64,000 nt of DNA from Yuukianura sp. NJ FZ-2021 (Eukaryota): the NCBI GenBank assembly GCA_046563655.1, contig CM102284.1:4278001-4342000 (forward strand), given 5' to 3'. The translations under genes were made by a program, and so were the position numbers. The notes under the pieces were generated by a model that was not told where the DNA came from, searched no databases, and saw nothing but the letters and a program-made list of their open reading frames with translations. How positions within the stretch are numbered: position 1 is the first letter of the stretch; the number at the start of each line of letters is the position of its first letter. This document shows positions 33,901 through 47,563 of the stretch, in pieces.

Positions 33901-36900
33901 CAATTCAAGTTTAGAGCTACAAAAAAAAATAAGCGAGGGCTTTTTTACATCTGCGTGTGCAGAATTTATTATGAAGTTGGACTTTTCTTGAAACTTGTCC
34001 GCAATAAAGAACAGTGGTGGTGTGAGAAGGCGTCATTGCCATTCTCTGCAATGCGAATTTAGTTTGTACATTGGCAAAAATTGGCAAATCAACTTCTCCA
34101 TGGACCATGAGAGCCCGAATGGCCTTCAAAGGCCTATAACACATTCCGTTGAAAAGTGGGCGCATTTTGGCAAAACAAGTGTGAAAATGATTGCAAAAAT
34201 TAGCAAGAGAAAGCTAATCCCACCGTAAAAAAATCGCGACTTTTTAAATAGAATTTTTCAACCACACGTGCTGCAAACTAACCCTCTTCTTTTTATTAGA
34301 AATTTCTCTTTTTTATTTTTTTAAACTCGTGACGCATCAAAATTTCGAAAAATTAGTCATCTCGCTATGCGTGTAGGAAGACTTGGATTTGGTCAAGAGA
34401 CGAAAGACATGGCCAAATTTGGACATAAAATTCTAGAAAGTGGGATGCATTCTTGGAAGAATAGGAGGAAGACAATTAAAAATCGGTTTCATTGAAGACT
34501 AAACACTAAAAGGAAAACCTCAGAAGCGGAGACATTTGAATTTGAAATTTGGAACTTTCTTTGGGAGAGCGGCCTTCGAAATAGCACCGCCTACCTTTGA
34601 AGTGGTCTCCATTACAATTTTTACTATCAATTGATCATATCTTCCGCAAACAATTTACGACTACAGCTACAGACAGACACATATCAAAACAATGGAAATG
34701 AAGAGTCATCAACTGCCCAAGTGACCAAAGTTCCACTTCCATAAAAAAACAGAGCCACTGTTGAGCAATTCCAGTTGAACCGATTGCTCAACAAATTGTC
34801 TGGATATGACAACAATCAATGATAAAAAATTGCAACAAAATTGAAAACAATTGCACAATTCGAATCATTGGGCTAGGTTATGTAGGTTAACTTAAGCTGT
34901 GATCAGATTAACTACGTAAATATTAGGTTACGTTTATGTTAGAGACTCTAAAACTCTAACTTATTAGAGTTTTAATTTCAATAGATTTCTTCTCCTTAGA
35001 AGTAGAGATCATCTCATCCTAGCAGCAACATTCTGGCAGCGTCGTTACGCCCTTTAGCCGCTTCGTTCTCAAGATCATTTCAAATTCAATTGCTCAATAT
35101 GCAATTTCGGCTAACCAAATCATCACACCAAGCTAAAAACCAAAACTGCCTGCCACATCAGCAATAATTATGATTTGCGGATAGATTTGTCAGTAGGTCA
35201 GGCGGCTATCTCGAAATGATGGCCTCTTAAGTACAGCAGTTCCAGGAGCCATAAGCAGCGTCAAGCGCTGCGAAATGATAAGCGTTTTAGACAGCGATAA
35301 TGCTTTCATACAAGAACTTTATACAATGTAACATTGACTTCAGCAAAACCACATGCAATAGAAAACGAGCGTTTGCTAATCATAATCAATGCTAACTACT
35401 ACTGGACTTTCCTGTGGTTTGATTCCAATTAATCCTAAATCCGCACTATCAAAAAGCCACACAAAATTGGTTCAACTGCTCAAAACCTCATCCTGTAAAC
35501 TACAGATTAACATTTACAGTTAACACTTGTAAAACAGAGATTAGTAACTTTTTGTAAAAGTTGGGTTAACTTTTTAAAAAAAAGTGTTGTTGTTTACTAC
35601 GCATTTTGTCTGGCCCGTGTTTGTCTCTTTTGTCCTTGAAACTTCTGTAGGGCAACTCATCCCATTCTATACTAGAAAATTTTGATCTTCTTTAAAAATT
35701 AGCACGCTTGACTTTGAAACTAATTTTCGCATGTATGGGATTAAACTTGGCCATGACTTGACCCATTAAAATCGACTTTATAAATCCAGTTGACAACAAG
35801 CAGAGGCTGACAGTTGTTCTCATCTCATAAGATATTCGTGTCTTGAATATGGAGGGGGAGATGATGACACAAACGCACAATAGGACATTACCAAAAACTT
35901 GATTCCAGACAACTTCGAAACTGAAACAAAGCCCAAATGTGGCATGTGGTAGTTTTTTTTAGAAGCTAGACGAGACAGGATCTGTAAAAAAAAGATGTAG
36001 TAGACGAATACTGTAATTGCCGCATATGTTTGTGGTTTAAAAGCCTTTGTGAAGATCCGTAGATCATTTGGTCCAGGTAAGTGTTAGGAAATAAAGATCT
36101 TTCCACTTTCAGTTTCTATTGTCTCGCATGCTACAAGCCGAGTGCTTATTCATCAGCAGCCAATAAGCCATTAACATAAAATTAAGTATGGAATAGATGA
36201 TTCCATATGGAAGAAGCCGTGTTCAGTTTCAGAGAAGTCAGAGTCAGGTTCAAGGTCTACCGCCTCTTGGTTTGGTAATAAGAAAACGTGTAGTAAGGTA
36301 GCCCCATGATTCACAAAAACACGGTTATACTTTATACATATACCACACCCAGACACGTAAGATTTACTTTCGTTTTTGCTAAAATGAGTCTTCTCCAAAG
36401 CACGTAAGAAATTCCAGGTATATAGAATGCAAACACTGCTGACGCTGAGCTGTAGGCCGTGAACTAGGACACTCATCCCGTATTATGAGTTGTTAAAAGT
36501 CATGACACGAAACAAAACGAAAAAAAACTGGCTGATTTCCCATGACATGACATGACATCCCAACCCACCTTCATCCTGTTCGTGAAGGACCTAATGCCTA
36601 ACATTGATTAAACTGAAAATTCGTATCTTAATTATTTGTCATTAAAATAATTAAAATAATAACAATAAACCACAGTCCTAATTATAATTTTGTACGGGAA
36701 ATACTCTTCCCTCAAGATTTCTCCCCCCATAGTTTCACTTTTTTCAAAACCTTTGCAGCAGAATCGGTTCATCTGGGGAAAGTTGAAACTGAAAAAGTAA
36801 TTTGACCAAAAAATAAATTAGAGTTATTAAAAAAAATGATCTCCCCACGGAATCAATGAAAGTAAGGTCACGCAAGACTGTTATTCGAATACTACCCGTT

Positions 36901-38659
36901 GTTTCTCATAAATAAAAATAGTAACTGAAATCAATAACTGCCAGGAGGACAACAACCCGCCGTACTATCGATAATACCGAAAACAGCTCAATCAGACAGA
37001 CATTTTGTAAAAGATGACAATAGGGAGAGGTTGTCTTTTACCCTATTGAATAATTTAATTGACAACCCGGAACATAAGGACTTTACGTTACTACTTACTA
37101 AAGTTAGGCCCTGGGAACTTGTTCTTTTTATAGAAGTCTCAAAATGGTGGACGGTTTTGGTTGATTTGGCTTGGACAATAATCAATAACACAAAAATCCC
37201 TTAAACCACTTCACTTTCACTTCCTCCCAAAGTAATTGATTTATTTACCAAAATAAAAGAGCTTCCTCTAACAACTTCGTTACGTAACTTTAACGTTTTA
37301 GCGTAAAACGCTTAACTAACGTAAACTTAGTCCTGCATCATGGAAAAAGTTCCAGCTTAAGAATCGCCTGAAAAGAGAGAAAACGCCCTGAAAACGTTTT
37401 TGTTTCTCAAGGTCTCATGAGTCAGGGAAAAATTTTCGTCCAGAAGTGAATCATATTAGGAATGTATCATGCAAGGATGGTTTCAAACAAAACTTTTCAA
37501 CATGACATCGTTTTCTTAAGTTTTGTTTTAAAAAGTAGTCTTAAAAAACAACATTTTTAGTTTAGTATGGATAAGATGGCTTTTTAAAGAACGCGTACAC
37601 ATGAAAAGGCGGGAAAGAGTGCAAGCGTCCTCCAGAAAAAAGAGGGAAGAAATGCTTCCTTTCGCCTCCTCCAGAACTTCTCCCGCCTCTCTTCCTTCTC
37701 TCAAGGTCAAAAGTACGCGAGAACTTAACGAGTTTAGTTTTACAAATTACAACCAAATCATCAGTTTGTTACGCTAGTTCAAAAGTTAATCATAATCACA
37801 GTTAATTTGTTTAAGATTAAGTTCCCCCCGTACTCATTCATAACTTGGAGCAGGCCTTTGAATCATTAGTGGAATCTTCATTGACTACTGCGATCAGGCC
37901 ACCCAAGATCCAACTGAGGTATGTAACTGGACTTTTCAAAAATTCCGAGATTATGAAACTGTAAAAAGTCGTGCTGACAGACATCGAGGAGACATAACGC
38001 TTCTTTATTGATCCAGAACTGCAAGTACACGGTGTCCCTCTGCGATCGTGTTGATTGAGAAACGGATCCATCCAGAACCGACCCAGGAAGCGAACTTACA
38101 AAGGTGCCAAATTTACGGTAAGCTTCTTTTTAGAGTTACATAATGAGTAGGGTGTTGTGAAAGCGTTTAGTACGATTTGAAGCAAATGCTAAGTTGTGTA
38201 TGATTTGAAATGGGTTTGTGCTGAAGATGATGATGTGATGATGATTTTCACATCGTGGGATGAACCTGGGAGTTGTACTTAGCGAGCATACTACTATTTA
38301 CTATGCCCTGTGTCTGGCTCTGTTTGTCTGGGCCTGCGAGGCAACAGTACAACTCGATCTCATCGTCTGCAGTCTACGCCCGAAAAACTATCTTCACACG
38401 ATTCCCCCTTCCATTCATTACTATTCACACACATACACTGAAGAGACTCTCACAAAACTCAAACTCACAATTTGAACAAAAGTAAAAAAAAACTCCCACT
38501 GCCGGCATGAAAAAAAAACATCGGCACCACACCCGCTTGGTTTAATCTAAATTTAAAAGTTTTCATAATGTAGTTTATTTAAGTATTTTTCGAGGATTTA
38601 AATTTAGTTTGTAGGTTTATTGGCATTCCGAATTGAAAGATCCATATTTTTCCTTGTGT

Positions 38660-39413
38660 GCTAGCAGGGCTAAGCCCGCGCATTTCCCCCGTCTACACAA
38701 CTTGACTCAAAAATGTGAGTTTTTTTTTACTACGCGGTTGTGAGAGATAATTTTGTGTATGCGGTGGAGAAAAAGTTCCAAGAAAAAGAGAAGACTGTGA
38801 GAAAATGAGTGTAGGAATGGAATGTGAAATGGGGCGGGGTGGCGGGTGGGGTGCGGACGCCGGAGAGCACAAAAAAAACTCTACTAGCCGGCTTTCCACT
38901 TCCTCTCCACGTTGTTAGCAATGCGGCGCTATGTGTAGAAGACTTGGGAGGGAAAAAAGGCCGGGGCGGGAGTGAAATGCCGGGCGGCTGGTCTAAACCG
39001 TACTTTGCTCAATGCTACTTCAGTATACCCGTTGTAGAGGCATTCAGGCGCCGTTGAAATGCCGGTTTGAAGCGCGTATGGTTTAGAAACAGAGAGTTTC
39101 AACTTTAGCCCCCTCCCGCCACTCCCAAAATCTCCCCTGGCTACACGCTCATTCATCCCCAAGCTGTGGGCGCCTCCACTCCGCCGCCGATTTCTCTCGT
39201 TCTCTCTCCTCTTTGCGACTCTTTCACTCGGTTCACTTGGACCCGTCTACAGCTCCTTCTTCAGTTTGTGTGTCCATATGTGCAACTATTGTATCCACAT
39301 CCACTACGACTTACTACTCCAGCCGGAAAACAATTACAAGGACTCATTTACTAAACTCAATTGACTTACAGTGACAGTGATCAGTGGCACACAATTAACA
39401 GGCACGATTGGAT
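38660..39413 (+). promoter_or_regulatory. Probable Myc proximal promoter and 5' UTR
   Basis: GC boxes (GGGGCGGGG at 38831, GGGGCGGGAG near 38963), pyrimidine tract, Inr-like TCAGTT at 39261, followed by ATG at 39414. Confidence 0.6.
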
Positions 39414-42400
39414 ATGCCGGTCATGATGACAAATAGGCGGAATAATATGCCCATAAGTCGATCAGCCAATTGTAACAATTCATTACCAATCAGTGGAAAT
39501 CATAATTCGGACTCAATAAGGGTAACAATTCGATTCATTACTTTTTACCAACGTATGTGCTACTTGGGCTAGAAAATATTTAAATTCAAATTCACTTTAA
39601 AATTCTAAAGTTTTTAAAACAATACGAAGCTTTCCAATTTCAAATTGAGTTTAAAGTCTGAACACTTCATGAAGTTAAGTGCATTAGAAAAAGTTATGCT
39701 TGGGTGAAGCTCTTGGAACAACTAGAGCTGCACTTCAGTACACACAAGGAGATAGGGGATGAATTTACGGTTTTGTATGATGTGATTCATCAAACAGTTA
39801 GACATATCTTAGGGTTAGGGATGACACTAACAAAAAATTGTTCCTTCGAGATGTCGTTTTTTCGAAGAAATCTTTGTGGATTGAGTGAGACCTTCAGAAT
39901 CGATTCATATTTTTTGTGTGACTTGTGCTTACTCGGTTGGAGAAATTTTTGACATAACTTGTCGTAACTCTGTGGTAGCTTGGGTATTGATGGGGATGGA
40001 TGATGGTATTCGAATTTGTGAATTTATGGGTATTGAAAATATAGTGTAATTGGAATTAAATTGGAATTGGAAAGTCTTTTGAAGATTCGATTGGGTAGCA
40101 ATATCTGCTCAGGAATTAGATACACCATACAGCATTTACAGCACGTAGCAGTAGAATACAGAAATTCTTGGACATTCAGAATGTAAAATTACAGATTGAC
40201 GTGTTTCTGGGTTGTTGCTTTTTATGTATTTCTCAGAATTTGATTCAAATGCATACTTCTTGGAATGAAAAAGAAGCATTACCCAAGTAGCAACGCCGTA
40301 GTTTTGGCGTGGTGCTAAAACTCACGAGCATTTGAGAATGAGATGTCAGTGACTTCCAATTTATGAGGAGTTTGTAATTAGCGAAGGTGAACTAATCTGG
40401 TTTCCACTCGATTCTCTTGTAGCGGGTTGACTTTTTAAGAATTACGGATTTAGAATGCGCATTGTTTTGAACGTTATTTATAATGAATGAGGCTAGTCGG
40501 GGATGTTCCCCCACCCTGAGAATTTCTCATCTCCTCGCTCATAAATTTTTGATCTTGATATTTTCGTTCGATAGGATTCAGTTACTCCGCAGTTGTTTCT
40601 CTCAGGTTCAGTTACTGACTACCAACAATGGGTTGGAAACAAAAGCAATGAATCAAAAAATCCAATGGAATTTGCCTATAGTTGTCAATAAAGGAGAGCA
40701 GTAAGAAGGAAGTGCATTTTGGCCTAGAGGCTTCACAAAGTTGGAACTTTTGCAAGGAAAAGTGCCGGTCGGCTGACGAGATCTACGAAGTCAGCAGCAG
40801 GCGAACAGCGAAGAGTGGGTGTGTAAACCTGAATGTGAATTGGGAATTAGTTAGATGGATGGAATAGAAGGGCTGATTCAGATTCAAAGAGAGATGAGAT
40901 GATGCTGGGGAAGTTTTTTGAAGCTTGAGCAAGTCGAAAGGAATGTGAGATGTAAAAGCTGAAATGCCAGGGGGCTTATATGGCTGGGAACTGACTGAAG
41001 TCTTGAGAGTTTTCATGGTAGAGGGAAGAAATTGCAAGTTTACAGACCCGGTTTTATTTCACGTGTAGGCAGGGAGGCAATTTGACAAGAGGTTCACATA
41101 ATGGTTTGCAGGATGCATGAATAAAAGTGCATTTATTTAAGGCCGGCATGAATTAAATTGATGGGAATGCAACTTAAAAAGTTTAACCTAATTTATTTTC
41201 TGTTTCACCAGGTCAAAGTAAAAGATTCGAGACGAAAACAGCAGTGGGTAGATCCGTTGCCAACACCGCCGCGGTCACCACATTCAGATCAACTAGATTC
41301 AGAGCCAATCATGGATGACCTTTGGGCTCTTTGGACAGGAACAGGACTCATTGACGACGTAGCAGACAGAGATCAGAAATTCACACTCGATGCAGCTCTG
41401 GACGAATTGGGCTTCAGCTTCAATTCGGACGATGATCAGCGACATTCGAGTTGTAGTGGAACATACAGGAGACTCAGTCTAGGAGACATAGATGCTGAAG
41501 GACTTTTTAACAATTGTAAGAGACACGAAAGCATCTGTTGAATAATGTTTGATATGATCCGCATAAGCCGGCTTTTGAAATTGAATTCTCATAATGAATA
41601 CTTTTATTCAATTTTCAGTTTCCGGATGTGACGACAGCGACTTAATGACAGAAGGTGAAAATGAAGAAGAGCTTCTAAAACATCTTTTCCAATATGTGGC
41701 AGATGACAGCCCGCCACCAACAAATCCCCCTTCCCCTCCAGCCGCTGGAGACATGGAAACAGACAATTCAGACATCGTTGGGGACTCTACATTTGTTATC
41801 AATGCTCCACATGTAATTAAAACGGAACTCAGCAGTGGTCCAAGCAGTTTAGATGGTGACTGTTCCGATGACAGTGGGCACTTCGACGAGGCCTTCAGCA
41901 GTGACAGCGGAATTGACGAGGGAAGGAACGACATGAGTCCAATGTATGAAGATGGTTTCATCGGAGACGATTTCCTGTCGGATCAGCCCTACCTCTTTGC
42001 CGATACATTTGAGAGTCTACTGGAAACGTCGAAACTGGGAAGCCTTCTAGAAGAGGAGACGCCCGACTCAGAGCTCAAACATGATTGTATGTGGAACGGA
42101 ATATGCTGTCCTTCAAAAACAACCGGGAAGAAGCAAGCGGGCTTACTGGGAGCTAGCTGTAGTCCTAAATTTGAACATATTGACGATTTTATGAAAAGCA
42201 AGATCAAGATTGAGCCGAAAGAAATTGAGCTGAACATCAAGCCAGATCCAGAACCAGAGCGTTTAGAGGTCGACCTTGTACAGGAGGATGCTGTAAGTGA
42301 AACCGACGTTCTATTATGGCAAAATGCTTAGAATTTAGCAACTCTGTCATTGGCCTCTGTCGATTTTTTTCTCTCTGTCCGGCGAATCTTCTTTTGTGTC

Positions 42401-45400
42401 GGACGAGTGATGAGAGGTTTGGGAGGTTTTATTTGCAAAGGGTGGATTTGGATGGGGCGGCAAAAATCTTACGTGTTTGCAATGACTAATATCCACTCCT
42501 CTTGTTCTGATTGACTTAGATGTGCTGGAATAACGATCCGTATCAGATGTGGGCTGGAGAAACACCTCCAGCGTCTCAAGATCCTGTCATCCCCACGGAC
42601 GTTGATACGACAGAAGACTTCAAAGGATTGGACTGGACAGACTTGATTGACGACTCTAAAGAACAGTACGAATTGGAGATGCTGCGAAATGCTACGATGA
42701 ATGATCATTCTTATGCAAACATCCACCAAGATCCAAGTAAACCGAGGGGTAAATCAGAATTCCCAAGGAAAGGACTACAAGGTACAACTTTTTGAGCAAA
42801 TTTTTGAATTTAACGTTAGTTACGACTACTTGCGTTTCATAATTCAATTCAGCAGCATCGTAAATCGCTTCTCTACCTCTTGCGTTTTGGGCCGCGCCAG
42901 CGTCATATTTTCGCAGTCTAAGCGGATTTCGAAAAGTTATTTTCAAACTTTTTCATAATTTCCCTATTTTTGGTTTCGTTAATGGGTTGTAAATTTTCAA
43001 GTTTTTGAGAAAATAGCAATTAGTTGATGGTTTCTGTTTTCCCCAAAGTCATTTTGCTCTACCTTGAGAGTCAATTGGGAGTTAAGCTACTGTATGGTGG
43101 GGTAAACGTGGCAAGTAATTAATGTCTCCGGATGGACACTTGACAAGTGCCAATGGAGTAATGAATGATCTATTTCTGGTATTCCTAGAACCGCTTCAAA
43201 AGCTGGTTGCTAGTTGCTCTATTTTTTCCGTGAAAGGTACATAAAGCCCGACAATACTTTATGGTAGGGGAGCCATTGAAACTCTATTTGGAAAAATACT
43301 AAATCTAAATGTAAATTCTGAGAAGTTCTATGCACCAAGTACGAAGTCAAGGGCTCACTTAAGAGTTCGGACAACGCCGTTTATAGAATTCAAGTGAAAA
43401 GGAATTCAATTTTACCCCCTTTTTCATGTGAAGGGTCCCTGACCAGAATTTGTGTCTGAAATTTTTGGTACAAATTCGAGTGGATTTTGAGAGAACAAAG
43501 GGGGAAAAATCTAATCTTTGTTTCCCCGTAGAAGCCTTGTAAGTTATTTGCACAGTGTCAGATTAGGACTAGCAGAAGCGTCTGTGACCGACAAGTCTCT
43601 GTCTCTCGTCTTTTCCAAAAAGTAAAGGACAATGCTCTAAAAAAATGTTTGCTGTTGTTAGGCAACGTTATATGAGGGGATTTTGGACGCTGACCACCAC
43701 TTGACTTATCTTTCACTGTACACGAGTAGTAACTAGCGAGACGCTTCTAGCAGCGACTAGAAAGTTAGCAGTAGTAAATGGAACGTTGATAAACAGATTG
43801 TCTCAAGGATTTTTTTTCAAAAGGTTAGATTAGCAAGGCTCATGTCGGGGACTACTTTTTGCGAACATTTTCAGAGTTAGGATTGCTAAATTCAATTTTG
43901 CAATGGAAAGAAAGTTTCAGCGTCTGGAATTTTGAAAAAAATCTTGAATTGTATGAATTCGGCTTTAGTTGGAGTCATGCTGGGCTTTGACAGTCTGCGA
44001 CTTGCTACCTTAATTTGATACCTTAGGTTTTTAGTGAATTTTTTTTGCAAAAATTGTGCGAGTGTGACTGGACACACACTATTACTGTAGTATAGCGAGG
44101 AAATTGAGGAAAAAGGATTGTAATCTGGTTAAGGTGGAAAAGGAAAAACTGCAGAGTTCATCTAAAACTCCTTGAACCATCTGCCCATAAATGCCCAATG
44201 TTAAAAGAAAACATTTCTCCTCTACTTGACTTGTTGGAGGATACAGGAGAGAGGTTTTGGCGACCTTGGCCATCTACCTCTGTTTCGTCCATCCATACAT
44301 TAAGCGCAGATTTTTTGCACATTTTTTGGCACGTTGGTTGGCGGTGGGTTCCTCTTGGCGTAGTTTTCTCCCCTGAGTCTGGTAGAAAAAAATTTGAGGT
44401 GGTTTTTATTACTATTATGAGGGAAAGGTGAGAAAATGTGGATTTTCGCGGATATACGCGCGAATATATTCCACGATCTTGTTGATTGTGAAAAGTATGA
44501 GGGAACAAAGGATTTTTGTTTGGTTTCCTCGGATTCTACAAGTATATAACCAGTAGTATTATATGTACATGTGTATTTTTTATGATGATTGTAGAAATGC
44601 TGGCAGACCTGTAGAACCACGTGGACAAAAAAAACTAGAAAGAGGGAAATGTCCCGGTACAAGGGCATTTCTTTTTACCATTTACTACCCTAGAGGAGAG
44701 TTTTTTTGTGTAATTTAGGCGCTAATACGCAGACGGACAAGTTTTTATGCCAATTTTGTACCCGTTCTAGGATTGCTTGGAGTTGCAAATGGAAAAAGTT
44801 GTGGTCGTGGTATTTTAAGTGGTTGTGAGGAGAATGTGATCTTTCGTACGTTTTTTCAACGATGATGCGATGATTAATTTTTTTTGCGCGAATTAATTTT
44901 TTATTTGCGTCTTTGTTGTGGCGTAGTACGAGTGTGGCTCAATGCCCTTCGTGTTCCGATGTACAAAAGTACTTGAGAAGTACTTTTTGAAGGTTGGAAG
45001 ATTTTTTTATTGAAGTGGATTTAGAACAATGTAGCTTTTGAGAGTGGGGTTTAGTCTGAATAGTGTTAAATATAAAATTTTAAGTCAAAATAGTTTTTAC
45101 ACGAGGATAGACGATACAAAATTTAAAACTTGAGAAATTGTCGATAAGAATTCATAAAAATCTGTGACCACAGAGAAGCTTTGGCTTGGGTTGGAATTGG
45201 AAATGATAGGAAAAGCGTATTTTTCCATTTCGAATTGAGTTCCATTTATGTCTAGAGGGTAGAGTCCGATTTGGATACATTCTACGACCGCGTGTTGTTG
45301 ACTTTGGTCTGCGTTAAGCCTCAATTGAAGTCACAAAGACCTTGAACTATTAGCTCAATTTTAGTACGGTTTTTGCAGATGCACTTTTGCATAATTGGCA

Positions 45401-47028
45401 AATGTAAAATGATGTATGGGGGGAAGATTGGATAAGAAGTTTTTAGTTCTGGGGTTTGTCTATTCGTCTGAATTAAGATTTATCTCAACGAGACAACAAG
45501 CAAGGGCGCAGCATCAACAGCGACTTTGTTTCTAACAAGGAACTGGAGAAATCTGAGGGACAAAGGTCCTGACCTATGACCTATCCACATGCTAAGTACT
45601 TAGTTAAAAATATGATGGATGACTTTGTCAAGGTTCCACGTTTGGGAAAGTGTCTTCCTTTTGTGGAAGTTTTATCGTAGTTTTAGTGGAGGGCGAGGGT
45701 TACACAGGATTTTAGTTACGTCACTGGCGGCGATTCATGGAAATCTCTGCTGTTCTGGTTTATCTTAATAGAAAAAAAAACTAAAATGTTGAATTTTTCA
45801 AAAGAAAGATTTTCTTATTGCTTGAACTCGGGAAGATGTGGGAAGACGCTGGAAGATGTTAATTGTGCGCGTGGTTATGAATACGGAATGATGCTAAACT
45901 TTAAAGCGGTGGTTTTCGATTCAGACGCTTCACTGAAAACTGGTTTTTAGAGTTTAGCATCTAAATTCTTTTGGATTGTTTATGATCTTGTTGAGGATGC
46001 TGCGCTGTCTGAGAAGCGATTCAGAAAATGCTGCTGAACTTGAATTGAAATGTAAAGAGTATCAAGTTTCAATGAAAAGAGCTTTTGCAAAAGGAAGTAT
46101 ACTAACCTAATGTTTGTTTTTACCATAAGGTATCTTCACTCTAAAGAAAGGGAATGGTGATGACTATAGTGGTGTCCCACGAAAAACTGGAACGAAAATA
46201 TTGGTTCCACTGAAAGAATTGATGGACACGTTACAACATAAAAACTTCTTCGTTGCCCCACTGGGACCGGGCAAGAAAGTCGTCAGATTCACTGGAAAAG
46301 AAACAATCCAAGGTGGGACATACTATTGAGTCATTCTCTTTCGTGCTACCGGTTTGCCGTTGGGCGATATGTTCTGCCGGAACTTCCGGTACCGGTCGAA
46401 TCTTTGCAATTTAGCTAATAACTTTTGTTCTATGATTCCAGGATTGATGAGTCATGCGTTACCCTCATCTTTCAAGCCCGTCTCCAGCTACGGCGTTCCA
46501 CAAACAACACTCTTTCACCGATCCGCTAATGGGCAGTATCGAAGTAGTACGCTTCAGACCGTTGTGACGACTGGGACTACGACGACTCAATCATCTACGA
46601 GTAGCCACTCTCGCCACAAAAAGTCCAAAGCCAATCGATCAATCATGAGAGAAGGTGGGACGATAACTTTTCCAGATCAAGTACCAAGTCCGTCTTCCCC
46701 AGACTCCGCCCTGTCCGAGTCATCCAGTTCAAGTAGTGCAACAGCATCATCCAACCTCACAGCGTCCGGACGACCAAAAAAAACGAAGACGCATAACAAC
46801 ATGGAGAGAATGCGGAGAATAGACTTGCGAAATAGTTTTGATTCCCTCAAGAAATTAGTTCCCCCGTTGGCCAAGTCTACGAAATGCTCCAAAGTAGAGA
46901 TCCTGAGAAGAGCAGAGGAGTACATCCGAGCCCTCAAGGCCCTAGAGAAGCGATTGCAGCGAGAAGAAGCGACAGTACGGAGTAGAAATGAAGCCCTCAA
47001 GCTTAAACTGCTTCAATCTCAACAATAA
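39414..47028 (+). CDS. Myc: Myc bHLH-leucine zipper transcription factor (~705 aa). Exons 39414-39521, 41212-41515, 41619-42292, 42520-42781, 46130-46312, 46442-47028
   Basis: Myc box I degron LPTPPRSP, Myc box II ELKHDCMWNG, box IV-like NDHSYA, C-terminal bHLH-Zip HNNMERMRRIDLRNSFDSLKKLVP...KVEILRRA. The six exons join in frame (2118 nt). TACTAAC branch point precedes the 46130 exon. The first exon is the least certain. Confidence 0.92.
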
Positions 47029-47563
47029 GATGCGCTTATCCATGTAAAACATTGTTGTTTAGTTTAAGTTTAGCAGTGACGAACTCTTTTCCGAAAGAGG
47101 TACAGAGAGAAGGAAACTTTTTAGACAGTTGATCGTTCGTTAAACGTCTTAGCAAAATAGGACCAGAAAAAAACGGGATAATATATTTAAATATATAATA
47201 ATAATATATTATATAGAATTATGTAGATTCTAAGGGTTAGTTTTTGATTAATTTTGGACAGTTTAGAATCAGCAGAGCAGAATATATTTAATAATGACTT
47301 GTTACTCTTTCTTTATTTCATGAAATAAAATTGTGTTCGGTGTAGTTCGGCTGGAGTTCAGAAGTTATTTGTGATTTGTTTACCCCAAAAGTATTTTTTA
47401 GCAAAGTCAATCATATTTTTAGGGTAGATACACCCTATTTCTATTATTATACAAAATATGAAATCGAATTCGAACCTGAATTTTAATTTAACACGTCCCC
47501 AGGAAGTAGTTTCGATAATTTTCTTATGGCTTCTGAGAATTCGAGATTGAGTTTAACTTTAGT

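Noticed and set aside
42407..42510. C/D snoRNA in a Myc intron (GTGATGA...CTGA)
   Set aside because: The D box is only ~9 nt from the acceptor and there is no convincing rRNA guide.
41608..47000. Antisense ORFs over Myc exons (also over SEC11, the LRR gene and the oxygenase)
   Set aside because: Shadow ORFs of real coding exons.
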